DNA from: a virus | Virus record (IMG/VR): IMGVR_UViG_3300044632_001319 | Length of the DNA stretch: 64,000 nt | Reading direction: 5' to 3' (one strand) | In this document: positions 40,167 to 49,631 of the stretch, one piece after another | How positions within the stretch are numbered: position 1 is the first letter of the stretch | How the letters are laid out: each line of letters opens with the position of its first letter | Program-made: the position numbers and the translations under genes | The notes under the pieces: model-generated | What the model was told of the DNA's origin: nothing | What the model saw: the letters and a program-made list of their open reading frames with translations, nothing else | Database searches by the model: none

Positions 40167-41660
40167 ATGTCACTCGATTTTAACAATAGTACACCATATG
40201 ACACACTCGTAGAGAAGTGGTCACCCGTTCTAGAACACGGAGATCTTCCATCAATTACTGACCTTCACAAGAAGCGCGTAACCGCAGTCCTTCTTGAGAA
40301 CCAAGTCAAGGCAATGAGAGAAGAAAGAGCATCACAAAACCTTTTCGAAAATACCATGGGACCAATCGGAATCGGTGGCAACTTTGCTGCTGGTCAAGTT
40401 GGTGCAGCAGGAAATTTCGCAGGTTATGATCCTGTTCTGATTTCACTCGTTCGCCGCGCAATGCCCAATGTCGTTGCATACGACATCGCAGGCGTTCAAC
40501 CCATGAGTGCTCCAACTGGACTCATCTTCGCAATGCGCGCACGTTATGGAAACGACAACAACGGATACACCCAAGGCGAAGAAGCACTCTTCGATGAACC
40601 ATGGTCCAAGTTCTCAGGTGTTTGCGGTGCATCTGGACCTGGTGCAGCAAATTACGCAGCAATTCTTTCTGGTTCAACACTCGGTATCTTCGGAAACAAT
40701 GCACTCGGTAATTTTGATGCAGCAACCAATGGTGCAACCTTTATTACTCGTCCTGATGTCTTCAGTCAGTTCCGTGGTATGCTTACCTCAACTGCTGAAA
40801 CTCTCGGTAAGAATACTGAAACAGCAGACTTCCGTGAAATGGCATTCAGCATTGAACGCGTTGCTGTACAAGCAAGATCACGCGCACTCAAAGCAGAATA
40901 CACCACAGAACTCGCACAAGATCTTCGTGCAGTACACGGACTTGATGCAGAGGCAGAACTTGCTAACATCCTCTCGGTTGAAATCATGAACGAAATCAAC
41001 CGCGAAATTCTTCGCGCAATGTACTATGTTGCTAAGACTGGTTGCCAAAACACCGATCTAGCTTCTAGAGTTGGTGGTGGATCAGGTGGTGTTTATGACC
41101 TTATTCTCGACTCAGACGGTCGTTGGTCAGCAGAACGCTTCCGTGGACTTATGTTCCAAATTGAACGCGAAGCAAACGCAATTGCTAAGGATACTCGTAG
41201 AGGCAAGGGTAACTTCATCGTATGCAGTGCAGACGTTGCTTCAGCACTCGCAATGGGTGGATTCCTCAACCTCTCACCAGCACTCAATGTAGACCTTCAA
41301 GTAGATGATACTGGTAACGTCTTCGCTGGTGTACTCAACAACAAGTTCAAAGTTTACATCGATCCCTTCATTGCAAACAATGTTAACTTCATCACTGTTG
41401 GATACAAGGGAACCTCACCATATGACGCAGGATTCTTCTACTGCCCATACGTTCCCCTCCAAATGGTACGCGCAGTCGGTCAAGACACCTTCCAACCAAA
41501 GATCGGATTTAAGACTCGTTACGGTCTAGTTGCAAATCCCTTCGCTGGTGGTCGTAGCAGCACCTTCGGTTCAGGCAAACCAGAAGACGGTCTAGAGGCA
41601 AGCACCAATGCTTACTACCGCCTCTTCGCAGTCAAGAATCTCCACGGAAACACCGTCTGA
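40167..41660 (+). CDS. gp23: Major capsid protein gp23
   Basis: EKWSPVL, DPVLISLVRRAMPN..AYDI.GVQPM..PTGLIFAMR, SRALKAEYT.ELAQDL, YCPYVPLQ, QPKIGFKTRYG. Confidence 0.99.
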   Translation: MSLDFNNSTPYDTLVEKWSPVLEHGDLPSITDLHKKRVTAVLLENQVKAMREERASQNLFENTMGPIGIGGNFAAGQVGAAGNFAGYDPVLISLVRRAMPNVVAYDIAGVQPMSAPTGLIFAMRARYGNDNNGYTQGEEALFDEPWSKFSGVCGASGPGAANYAAILSGSTLGIFGNNALGNFDAATNGATFITRPDVFSQFRGMLTSTAETLGKNTETADFREMAFSIERVAVQARSRALKAEYTTELAQDLRAVHGLDAEAELANILSVEIMNEINREILRAMYYVAKTGCQNTDLASRVGGGSGGVYDLILDSDGRWSAERFRGLMFQIEREANAIAKDTRRGKGNFIVCSADVASALAMGGFLNLSPALNVDLQVDDTGNVFAGVLNNKFKVYIDPFIANNVNFITVGYKGTSPYDAGFFYCPYVPLQMVRAVGQDTFQPKIGFKTRYGLVANPFAGGRSSTFGSGKPEDGLEASTNAYYRLFAVKNLHGNTV

Positions 41661-41680
41661 TAGATTCGGATAAACCACAC

Positions 41681-41715
41681 GAAACCCAGGGTTGAAAGAC
41701 CCTGGGTTTTCTTTT
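41681..41715 (+). terminator. Rho-independent terminator after gp23
   Basis: AAACCCAGGGT-TGAAAG-ACCCTGGGTTT followed by TCTTTT. Confidence 0.9.
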
Positions 41716-41727
41716 ATACATATTGAT

Positions 41728-42318
41728 ATGCCAAACAACAACAAACAAATCATAAAGGATGAAGTTACTGAAAATGTTCTTCGTGATTTGCCTGGTGATT
41801 TTTTGTTTGATAATTTATTACAACCAGATACACACAATGTATTAACAAATAATAAATTTAGATTTGTCTTGACTCGTTGTCCAACGATGACATATTTCTG
41901 TCAAAGAGCAAACATTCCATCTTTAAGTTTTGGTACTTCGATACAATCAAATCCAACTGGTATTTCTATTCGTAGACCAGGAACCTCTTATGTTTACGAA
42001 GACTTACAAATTGGATTTTCTGTAGACGAAAATATGAAAAATTGGTTAGAAATACACAACTGGATAAAGGATCTTGGTATTTCATACGATTCTGCTACTG
42101 AAGTTCTTCGAGAATCGCAAAAGATTTCATCTGCATATGTTTTAGTCTTGAACAGTCAATATAGACCAATCTTGGCAGTAAAATATAGAAATGTTTATCC
42201 TACCTTTTTAAGTGCTATTGATTTTGATTCTTCAACCACCGATTCAGATACCGTGATTGCAACAGCAACATTTGCATATACCCATTACGAAATTGAAGTA
42301 TACACAAATAACCCTTAA
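41728..42318 (+). CDS. gp3: Tail completion/tube terminator gp3-like
   Basis: L..NKFRF.L...P...YFCQ.ANIP, PG....YEDL...F.VDE...NW.EI.NW; ATG at 41728 downstream of the terminator. Confidence 0.85.
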   Translation: MPNNNKQIIKDEVTENVLRDLPGDFLFDNLLQPDTHNVLTNNKFRFVLTRCPTMTYFCQRANIPSLSFGTSIQSNPTGISIRRPGTSYVYEDLQIGFSVDENMKNWLEIHNWIKDLGISYDSATEVLRESQKISSAYVLVLNSQYRPILAVKYRNVYPTFLSAIDFDSSTTDSDTVIATATFAYTHYEIEVYTNNP

Positions 42319-42323
42319 TTATT

Positions 42324-42758
42324 ATGAATATCGATCAAATTAAAATACAAGCAGAACTAGACACAATAATCAATACAGACCACCTAGAAGAAGAAGCATC
42401 AAAAATACCACAGTTGCACAACAAATATCTGTGCATATTGATGGATGAAAAACTCATACTAGAAAGTTTAGAATCAAAATTAAAAATTCTCAAAAGAGAT
42501 AAATGGTTATACTACTCTGGCAGAATGTCAGATGAAGATCTCAAGAAAAGAGGATGGGAACAATTTGATCTGAACATTCTGAAGCAAGACCTGGATAGAT
42601 TCATTGAAAGCGATAGCGAAGTTATCACTCTTGCAAATAAAGTTTTTCTTCAAAAAGAAAAAGTAAATTACATCGAAGGTGTGGTAAAAGTAATTTCAAA
42701 TAAAATTTGGAGCATTCGATCATCGATTGAATGGATTAAGTTCACTCAAGGTTTATGA
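42324..42758 (+). CDS. uvsY: Recombination mediator UvsY
   Basis: IP.LH.KYL, KW.YYSG, LK.D.D.FI.SD, I...IEW.KF..G. Confidence 0.92.
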   Translation: MNIDQIKIQAELDTIINTDHLEEEASKIPQLHNKYLCILMDEKLILESLESKLKILKRDKWLYYSGRMSDEDLKKRGWEQFDLNILKQDLDRFIESDSEVITLANKVFLQKEKVNYIEGVVKVISNKIWSIRSSIEWIKFTQGL

Positions 42759-44218
42759 TAAAGATAAAACATGTAGATTCTGTTTATATTCAGATAGAGT
42801 GTGACAAAGGTATTGCTAAGGAACTTTCTTCATTCTTTACTTTTAGAGTTCCAAATTCTGAATACAATCCAGCATTCCGTAAGAAAAAATGGGATGGTAA
42901 GATTCGTTTATATAATATCATTACCAATAAAATATATGCTGGTTTGCTTCCTTATGTAATGACATTTGCATCTGAACGTGGATACAAAGTCGCATACGAG
43001 AGTTTACTCAAGAATGACGATCCACCAACACAATTTCCTAGAGTCTTCGCAGGAGGCAAGGAGATTCAACCACACGACTACCAGATCGAATCAGTCAAGC
43101 ACGCCATACAAAATCGTAGAGCACTTCTGATATCACCTACTGGTAGTGGCAAGAGTTTGATCATCTATATGATCATGCTGGAATTGTTGCAGAGAACACA
43201 GAATAAGATTCTCATTGTCGTGCCAACAACAGGACTAGTTACACAACTGAACTCTGATTTTCAAGACTACGCAAATTCAAAATCCATATCAAAACATATA
43301 CACTTAGTCTATGGTGGACAAGAAAAGAACACTGACTGTAGAGTAGTCATCTCAACATGGCAAAGTCTTCACACTCAGTCTGAAGAATATTTCAAGCAAT
43401 TTGATGCAATCATCGGTGATGAATCACATTTGTTTAAGGCAAAATCACTGATCAAGATAATGACCAAGTTGAAAAATTGCAATTATAGAATAGGAACGAC
43501 AGGAACGTTGGATGGTACACAGGTACACAGACTCGTACTAGAAGGTTTATTTGGAGCAGTACATCAAGTAACTACAACCAAGGAACTCATAGACAAGGAT
43601 GTCTTGGCAAAATTAAATATTGAATGTTTACTTTTGAGATATTCCGATGCAGATATTCAACAGATTAAAAGAGCAAAATATGTTGAAGAGATCGATTGGT
43701 TGGTTACCAATGAAAAAAGAAATAACTTCATCAGTAATTTAGCAAATAGTATTTCTGGAAATGTACTTGTGCTCTTCAATTTTGTTGAAAAGCACGGTGT
43801 TCCTTTGTTTCAAAAGATATCAAAGAACAATAAGAAAGATTGTTATCTTATTTGTGGAAAGACTGATATCGAGGAAAGAGAAGACATTCGTAAAATTGTA
43901 GATAAGCAAAACAATAGCATACTTGTTGCATCGTATGGTACATGCAGCACAGGCATCAATATCAAAAACATACATGCCATTATATTTGCTTCACCATCCA
44001 AATCAGTTATTCGTGTCTTGCAGTCAATTGGTAGAGGGTTGAGAAAGTCTGACACAAAGGATAGAGTAACAGTGTTTGATTTAGGTGATGATCTCAGTTA
44101 CCTCAAGTATCGCAATCATGCGTTGCGACATCTAGATGAGCGCACCAGCATATATACTAATGAACAGTTTACATTCAAGAAGACTAAAATCAAATTAGGA
44201 GATACGAATGAATCTTAA
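42755..44218 (+). CDS. uvsW: SF2 DNA helicase UvsW
   Basis: WDGKIRL, SPTGSGKS, STWQS, GDESH, GTTGT, STGINI, LQSIGRGLR. Confidence 0.97.
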   Translation: MIKIKHVDSVYIQIECDKGIAKELSSFFTFRVPNSEYNPAFRKKKWDGKIRLYNIITNKIYAGLLPYVMTFASERGYKVAYESLLKNDDPPTQFPRVFAGGKEIQPHDYQIESVKHAIQNRRALLISPTGSGKSLIIYMIMLELLQRTQNKILIVVPTTGLVTQLNSDFQDYANSKSISKHIHLVYGGQEKNTDCRVVISTWQSLHTQSEEYFKQFDAIIGDESHLFKAKSLIKIMTKLKNCNYRIGTTGTLDGTQVHRLVLEGLFGAVHQVTTTKELIDKDVLAKLNIECLLLRYSDADIQQIKRAKYVEEIDWLVTNEKRNNFISNLANSISGNVLVLFNFVEKHGVPLFQKISKNNKKDCYLICGKTDIEEREDIRKIVDKQNNSILVASYGTCSTGINIKNIHAIIFASPSKSVIRVLQSIGRGLRKSDTKDRVTVFDLGDDLSYLKYRNHALRHLDERTSIYTNEQFTFKKTKIKLGDTNES

Positions 44219-44906
44219 GATTCTTAAACTTAGAAGTGGTGAAGAGATTGCGTGTCAGGTTCTTGAAGAAAATGAAACATCCATGAAGGTCTTTCAACCC
44301 ATGTTGTTTAAGACATCATCTTCGTTGGATTTTATGGGCAGACACGTTGATATAACAACACTACATGATTGGTTAGTGAACACTGATGATAAAAATGTTG
44401 CAATACCAACAAATCATATTGCTTTTGTCAGTGTACCAAATAAAGAAACAACAAAACTTTACATATTGGAAAGCGAAAAGGAATTTGATCCAAAGAATTT
44501 CAAGACAAAGGTAAAGGAAACTCCATCTGAAGATATGTTATCAGATGCATTCCCTCTTACTGAAATGCTTGAGGATTTGATCAATAATTCATCTAATTTG
44601 ATGGATAATTATAAAGACCCACCAAAGAAATCAAAAAGAAAGAGGAAGGAAAAGAAACTACATCTTCCTCCAGATATGACTGATGAAAATGAATTAGATC
44701 GTCACATGATCATGATGCAAATGTACATTCCTGCTGAGAGCATCATGAATCTAATTACTTCTGGAGTATTAGATCCAAAGGTTCTTTTAAATATGATTGA
44801 TGAGATTAAAAAGCGTAATCGCTTTACTGGTGACGAGAAGGATAGGAAGGATTTTGGGAACACCTTCTCCGACTGGAATCCTGATCCCAATTCTACTGAT
44901 TACTAA
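44208..44906 (+). CDS. Conserved hypothetical protein after uvsW (Sm-like N-terminus)
   Basis: ILKL.SGEEI.C.V start, typical of the gene at this locus in T4-like phages. Confidence 0.6.
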   Translation: MNLKILKLRSGEEIACQVLEENETSMKVFQPMLFKTSSSLDFMGRHVDITTLHDWLVNTDDKNVAIPTNHIAFVSVPNKETTKLYILESEKEFDPKNFKTKVKETPSEDMLSDAFPLTEMLEDLINNSSNLMDNYKDPPKKSKRKRKEKKLHLPPDMTDENELDRHMIMMQMYIPAESIMNLITSGVLDPKVLLNMIDEIKKRNRFTGDEKDRKDFGNTFSDWNPDPNSTDY

Positions 44907-44953
44907 TAGTATAATACAGTATTACTAGATCTCTTCTTCTTTCCCACACAAAG

Positions 44954-44983
44954 ATTATACACATGTCTTCAAAACGGTGTCAA
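44954..44983 (-). promoter_or_regulatory. Consensus sigma70-type promoter on the minus strand
   Basis: Reverse complement reads TTGACA-18 nt-TATAAT. Confidence 0.75.
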
Positions 44984-45022
44984 GCCCCAAGTAAGGGTTT
45001 TTTGAAAAATCTTATAAACTAC

Positions 45023-45050
45023 TTGAAAAAACAATTGAGTATGCTATACT
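45023..45050 (+). promoter_or_regulatory. Sigma70-type early promoter for the gp55 operon
   Basis: TTGAAA-16 nt-TATACT with an extended -10 (TGcTATACT). Confidence 0.7.
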
Positions 45051-45059
45051 TGATTCGTA

Positions 45060-45632
45060 GTGAGGATGAACATGAATCAAGAAGATGAAAAAGAAATAGA
45101 AGAAGAAGTAAAAACATTAAAACATTATATCAACAATGTTAAGTTTTGTGCTGCAATGACCGAGTGGAAAAAATTAGTAAAAGATGCAGAGGAATGTGGT
45201 GACAGACGACCACCAGTAACTGACTATATTGCAGAATCTTTTCTTAAGATTGCAGAACATTTATCACACAGACCAAATTTTATCAACTACCCATTTAAGG
45301 AAGATATGATTGGTGATGGGGTGGAAAATTGTCTTTTATATGCACACAATTTTGATCCAGAAAAATCATCAAATCCCTTTTCTTATTTTACCCAAATAAT
45401 TTATTATGCGTTTTTACGCAGAATAGAAAAGGAAAAGAAGCAAGCATTCATCAAATATAAGTGCTTACAGATGAAAGACATGGATGGTAAGTTTGTAGAG
45501 TGGATGAAGAAAGAATCAGATACTGCAACTTACAGCGAATTTCTACAGAAACACTTTTCACTCAGTGAAATGGATGTTGAAAAACTAGAACCAAAAGACA
45601 AAAAGAAAAGAAAGAAAAGGAAGCGAAAGTGA
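45060..45632 (+). CDS. gp55: Late transcription sigma factor gp55
   Basis: HYINN..F, YI.E.FLKIA..LS.RPNF.NY...EDMI.DG.ENC, FDPEKS.NPF.YFTQI.YYAFLRRI.KEKKQ; true start may be ATG at 45066 or 45072. Confidence 0.96.
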   Translation: MRMNMNQEDEKEIEEEVKTLKHYINNVKFCAAMTEWKKLVKDAEECGDRRPPVTDYIAESFLKIAEHLSHRPNFINYPFKEDMIGDGVENCLLYAHNFDPEKSSNPFSYFTQIIYYAFLRRIEKEKKQAFIKYKCLQMKDMDGKFVEWMKKESDTATYSEFLQKHFSLSEMDVEKLEPKDKKKRKKRKRK

Positions 45633-46687
45633 AAATAGCATTTATATCCGATACCCACTTCGGAGTTCGTAATGATTCACCTTTTTTCCTAGAGAACGCT
45701 CTTACCTTTTTCGAAAAACAATTTTTTCCTTATCTAAAGGAAAACCAGATTCTCGACGTTATTCACCTTGGCGACTTTTTCGACCGAAGAAAGTTTGTTA
45801 ATTTCAACACTCTTTCTTCGGTTCGAAAGAGATTTATCAATTACATTGAGAATAATAATCTGAGAATGCACATAACTATTGGAAATCATGATACTTATTT
45901 TCGCAACACAAATGAATTGAATTCATTGAAGGAATTGTTGACGGAAAAGTATAAATCCATTATTCTTTATGAGAAACCATCGACAATCAAATTTGATGAC
46001 TTTTGTTTTGGGATAGTTCCTTGGATTACTAAGGAAAACGAACAAGATGTCTTGGATTTTCTCTCGACATGCCCTTGTCGAATGATTGGTGGTCATTTTG
46101 AAATTGCAGGATTCGAGGTTATCGCTGGAGTCAAGCACTCACATGGGTTTAGTGCATCGAACTTTAAACGTTTCGATAAAGTGTTATCTGGTCACTTCCA
46201 TATCAAGCAGTCACAAGGCAACATACATTATCTTGGCACACAATATCAGATGACTTTTTCTGATGTTTATTCTACCAAGGGGTTTCATGTCTACGATACT
46301 GAAAAGGATGTATTGGAATTCATACCAAATGAAAACAACATCTTTCATGTATTCACATATGACGACTCGACTCCTGATGAGGTAAAAAAGATTGCCAATT
46401 ATGTGAAAGAAACAAATCTAAAAAATGCATTTATTCGAATAACTGTAAGAAGCAAATCAAAGCAGGAAATCTTTGATAAATTCATTGATGCTTTGTGGAG
46501 CAAGGGAATCCAGGATCTTTCAATTAATGAAGATCCTCTAGAAAAATCATCAACTGTTGAATTCGATGAATCAGAGGATACAATAAGCATCATAAATCGT
46601 GAAGTGGATGCAATTGAAAGAGATATAGACAAGACTAAATTGAAGACGATCATTAAAGACTTATACATGGAAAGTCTCTCCATATGA
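45629..46687 (+). CDS. gp47: Recombination nuclease gp47 (Mre11/SbcD-like)
   Basis: DTHFG, HLGD.FDRR, GNHD, SGHFH. Confidence 0.96.
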   Translation: MKIAFISDTHFGVRNDSPFFLENALTFFEKQFFPYLKENQILDVIHLGDFFDRRKFVNFNTLSSVRKRFINYIENNNLRMHITIGNHDTYFRNTNELNSLKELLTEKYKSIILYEKPSTIKFDDFCFGIVPWITKENEQDVLDFLSTCPCRMIGGHFEIAGFEVIAGVKHSHGFSASNFKRFDKVLSGHFHIKQSQGNIHYLGTQYQMTFSDVYSTKGFHVYDTEKDVLEFIPNENNIFHVFTYDDSTPDEVKKIANYVKETNLKNAFIRITVRSKSKQEIFDKFIDALWSKGIQDLSINEDPLEKSSTVEFDESEDTISIINREVDAIERDIDKTKLKTIIKDLYMESLSI

Positions 46688-48414
46688 TTAAATTTGAAAA
46701 AGTAAGATTTAAAAACTTTGGATCTTTCGGCAATACCTTTACCGAAATCGAACTAGACAAGAATAATACAACTTTAATTTGTGGTAACAATGGAAGTGGA
46801 AAGTCTTTTGCATTTCTAGACTCCATTACCTTTGCTTTGTTTGGTAAACCTTTTAGAAAAATAAACATACCACAACTGGTCAACTCAATCAATGAAAAGG
46901 GATGTCTAGTTGAAATTGAATTCTCAAAGGGTGCTGATAAGTTCATGGTTCGAAGAGGCATCGGTCCAAGAATATTTGAGATTTATAAAAACGGAACGAT
47001 AATTGATCAAGAAGCAAAGAGTCTTGATTATCAGGATATTCTTGAACAACAAATACTAAAGATGAACTATAAGACGTTCACTCAGGTTGTCATTCTCGGT
47101 AGTTCATCCTTTGTGCCATTCATGCAGTTGAGTGCAGCAGACCGACGATCAGTCATTGAAAATATTCTTGATATCAATATATTCAGCACCATGAATATCG
47201 TACTTAAGGGAAAGATTATTTCACTTAAGGAAACAATCAAGGAATTGAATTCTAAAATTGAATTGGAAAAGAGCAAGATATCAATTCAGAGAAATTATAT
47301 TTCAACTCTGGAAAAGAAGAACTCAGAAGAAGATGAAGATGTTTCCGATAGAATTAAAGAACTAGAGGATAAGATTCTTCATCATAATTACTCTCTTCTT
47401 TCTGAGAATCTTACTCTAAATGCTATAGAAACTGATATTCAATATCTTAAAAATGGCATCAAAGAATGTCAATCCAAATCAAAGAAATATAACTCTATAA
47501 TTTCTGAGTTTGGTGCAAATAAAAAGCAAAAGCAACAAGAGATTGTTTTCTTTAAAGAAAATTGCAAATGCCCAACCTGTAGTCAACCCATTGAAGAAAA
47601 GATGAAGAAGGAAAAAATCCTGACTACAAATTATGAAATTTCAAATATTGATGATCAGATCGAACATGTAAACAGTGCGTTAAAAGACAATACGCAGAAT
47701 GTTGAGATGTTGGAATTACAACTTGAAAGAGCATCAAAATCTCTGTCATATACAAATGGTGTCAACAGAGAGATTGAGATGCTTAAGAAAGAAATTGAAA
47801 GAATTAAATCATCAACTAAGAAATCCACGATTAAAAATAATATTGTGGATGAAAAGGAAAAACTAAAACTTCTTGAAGGTGGATTTGTAGCACTTGAAGA
47901 AGAACGCAATCTTCATTCCGAAGAATTAATGTATCATGAATTTGCCAACGAACTTCTTCGCGATGGTGGTGTGAAGACAAAGATTATAAAATATTATCTT
48001 CCACACATGAACAAGTACATCAATAAATTCTTATCTTCGATGGATTTCTTCGTGCAGTTCCATATGGATGAAGAATTCAATGAGCAGATCAAATCAAGAT
48101 ATCGCGATGAGTTTTCCTATATGAATTTTAGTGAAGGCGAGAAGATGCGTATAGATCTGGCATTGCTCCTTGCATGGCGTGAGGTAGCACGACTCAAGAA
48201 TAGTGTAAATTGTAATTTGCTTATTCTAGACGAGGTTTTTGATTCTTCACTTGATGGTGTCGGTATGGACGATCTCATGAAATTACTAAAGATCATAAGC
48301 GACAAAGCAAATGTATATGTGATCAGTCATAAAGCAGATCAATTGGTTGACAAATTTTCTACGATAATCTCTTTTGAGAAAAAGAATAATTTTAGTAGAA
48401 TGATAAATAACTGA
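46684..48414 (+). CDS. gp46: Recombination ATPase gp46 (Rad50/SbcC-like)
   Basis: G.NGSGKS, CPTC zinc hook, FSEGEK, LILDEVFD, ISH. Confidence 0.97.
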   Translation: MIKFEKVRFKNFGSFGNTFTEIELDKNNTTLICGNNGSGKSFAFLDSITFALFGKPFRKINIPQLVNSINEKGCLVEIEFSKGADKFMVRRGIGPRIFEIYKNGTIIDQEAKSLDYQDILEQQILKMNYKTFTQVVILGSSSFVPFMQLSAADRRSVIENILDINIFSTMNIVLKGKIISLKETIKELNSKIELEKSKISIQRNYISTLEKKNSEEDEDVSDRIKELEDKILHHNYSLLSENLTLNAIETDIQYLKNGIKECQSKSKKYNSIISEFGANKKQKQQEIVFFKENCKCPTCSQPIEEKMKKEKILTTNYEISNIDDQIEHVNSALKDNTQNVEMLELQLERASKSLSYTNGVNREIEMLKKEIERIKSSTKKSTIKNNIVDEKEKLKLLEGGFVALEEERNLHSEELMYHEFANELLRDGGVKTKIIKYYLPHMNKYINKFLSSMDFFVQFHMDEEFNEQIKSRYRDEFSYMNFSEGEKMRIDLALLLAWREVARLKNSVNCNLLILDEVFDSSLDGVGMDDLMKLLKIISDKANVYVISHKADQLVDKFSTIISFEKKNNFSRMINN

Positions 48415-48415
48415 T

Positions 48416-48736
48416 ATGAAATCGACAGACAATTTAAACTTTAGAGGTAAGTTTAAACAATACGATCCCGATGGTAAACCATATTTGTACCGTATAGGTG
48501 ATTCTGTAGAATTCAATGGTAATGTTTATGTTGCTGTCAAACCCACTTCATCCAGAATTCCTGGAACTATGGAAGGTAAATCTTATTGGAGCGATCTGGG
48601 TGATAGCGATGGATTTTATATTTCAGAATTTACTCCACCGAATTCCTCAATAGGAGATAGATGGTATGTTCCATCTACAGGAATAATGTATACTAGAATA
48701 CAAGAAGAAAGTAACAAGATTTGGGTTGAATTATGA
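48416..48736 (+). CDS. Small protein with CBM5/12-like and fibre-type 'GDRW' motifs
   Basis: YRIGDSVEFNGNVYVA...PG...W; PP...GDRWY...WV; GATAAATA upstream. Confidence 0.55.
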   Translation: MKSTDNLNFRGKFKQYDPDGKPYLYRIGDSVEFNGNVYVAVKPTSSRIPGTMEGKSYWSDLGDSDGFYISEFTPPNSSIGDRWYVPSTGIMYTRIQEESNKIWVEL

Positions 48737-48751
48737 GCATGACATGGTATA

Positions 48752-48940
48752 ATGGAGATTGTAATGAAGCGTGACGATAAACATCAGGAAAAACCAAAAC
48801 CACCTAAACAATTAAAATCCGTAAATAAAAAAGAAAAAGATTCGGAAAAAACAAAGTCAAAGCAAAAATTAAAAAATCTTTGGCAAAATGGTTTTGATGA
48901 TGGGTACGATGATTTTGAGAACAATTTTCAGAAATTTTAA
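48752..48940 (+). CDS. Small basic hypothetical protein
   Basis: Lys-rich with an acidic tail; GGAG before a second ATG suggests a slightly later start. Confidence 0.55.
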   Translation: MEIVMKRDDKHQEKPKPPKQLKSVNKKEKDSEKTKSKQKLKNLWQNGFDDGYDDFENNFQKF

Positions 48941-48942
48941 TT

Positions 48943-49626
48943 ATGAGCACTGTAACATTTTCTAAAAATACTCTAGCGATTCTTAAGAACTTTTCAAGTT
49001 TAAATTCAAATCTCCTGGTTAAACCAGGAAAGATAATCAAGACAATTACACCATCCAAGAATGGAATGGCAATTGCAACCGTTGACGAAACATTTGATGT
49101 TGAGTTTGGAATCTGGGATCTAAACAAGTTTCTGGGTGTTATCAGTCTTTTCAACAATCCATCATTTACTTTTGGTGAGAAGAGCGTGAAGATCAAGAAT
49201 GGTGGTAATTCTGTAGTGAATTATTACTATTCAGAACCAAGACTGCTTTCGGTTCCGACCAAAGATGTCATCATGCCAGCGGTCAATATATCCATTACAC
49301 TTACTGATAAGCAATTTTCTGAACTTCAGAAAGCAGCATCAGTAATGCAATTGCCCGATCTTTCATTCACAAATGATTCTGGTGACATTGTAGCAATGGT
49401 TTCGGATCTTGGAGATCCAACCAGCAATACATACAAGGTCGTGGTGTTTGAGGATTGGAAGGGTGAGTCTTTCTTGTTCAACTTCAAGATGGAAAACATC
49501 AAGATTCTCCCTGGAGATTATACCGTTAATTTTGCTAAGAACGTAGTGGGTGAATTTGTAAACAACAACATTTCACTCAAGTATTGGTTTGCCATGGAAG
49601 CGAACACTTCAAAGTATGGATCTTAA
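48943..49626 (+). CDS. gp45: Sliding clamp gp45
   Basis: TL.ILKNFS.LN.N, FGI.DLN.FL, F.FK.EN.KI.PGDY.V, Y.FA.E. Confidence 0.95.
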   Translation: MSTVTFSKNTLAILKNFSSLNSNLLVKPGKIIKTITPSKNGMAIATVDETFDVEFGIWDLNKFLGVISLFNNPSFTFGEKSVKIKNGGNSVVNYYYSEPRLLSVPTKDVIMPAVNISITLTDKQFSELQKAASVMQLPDLSFTNDSGDIVAMVSDLGDPTSNTYKVVVFEDWKGESFLFNFKMENIKILPGDYTVNFAKNVVGEFVNNNISLKYWFAMEANTSKYGS

Positions 49627-49631
49627 TTATT

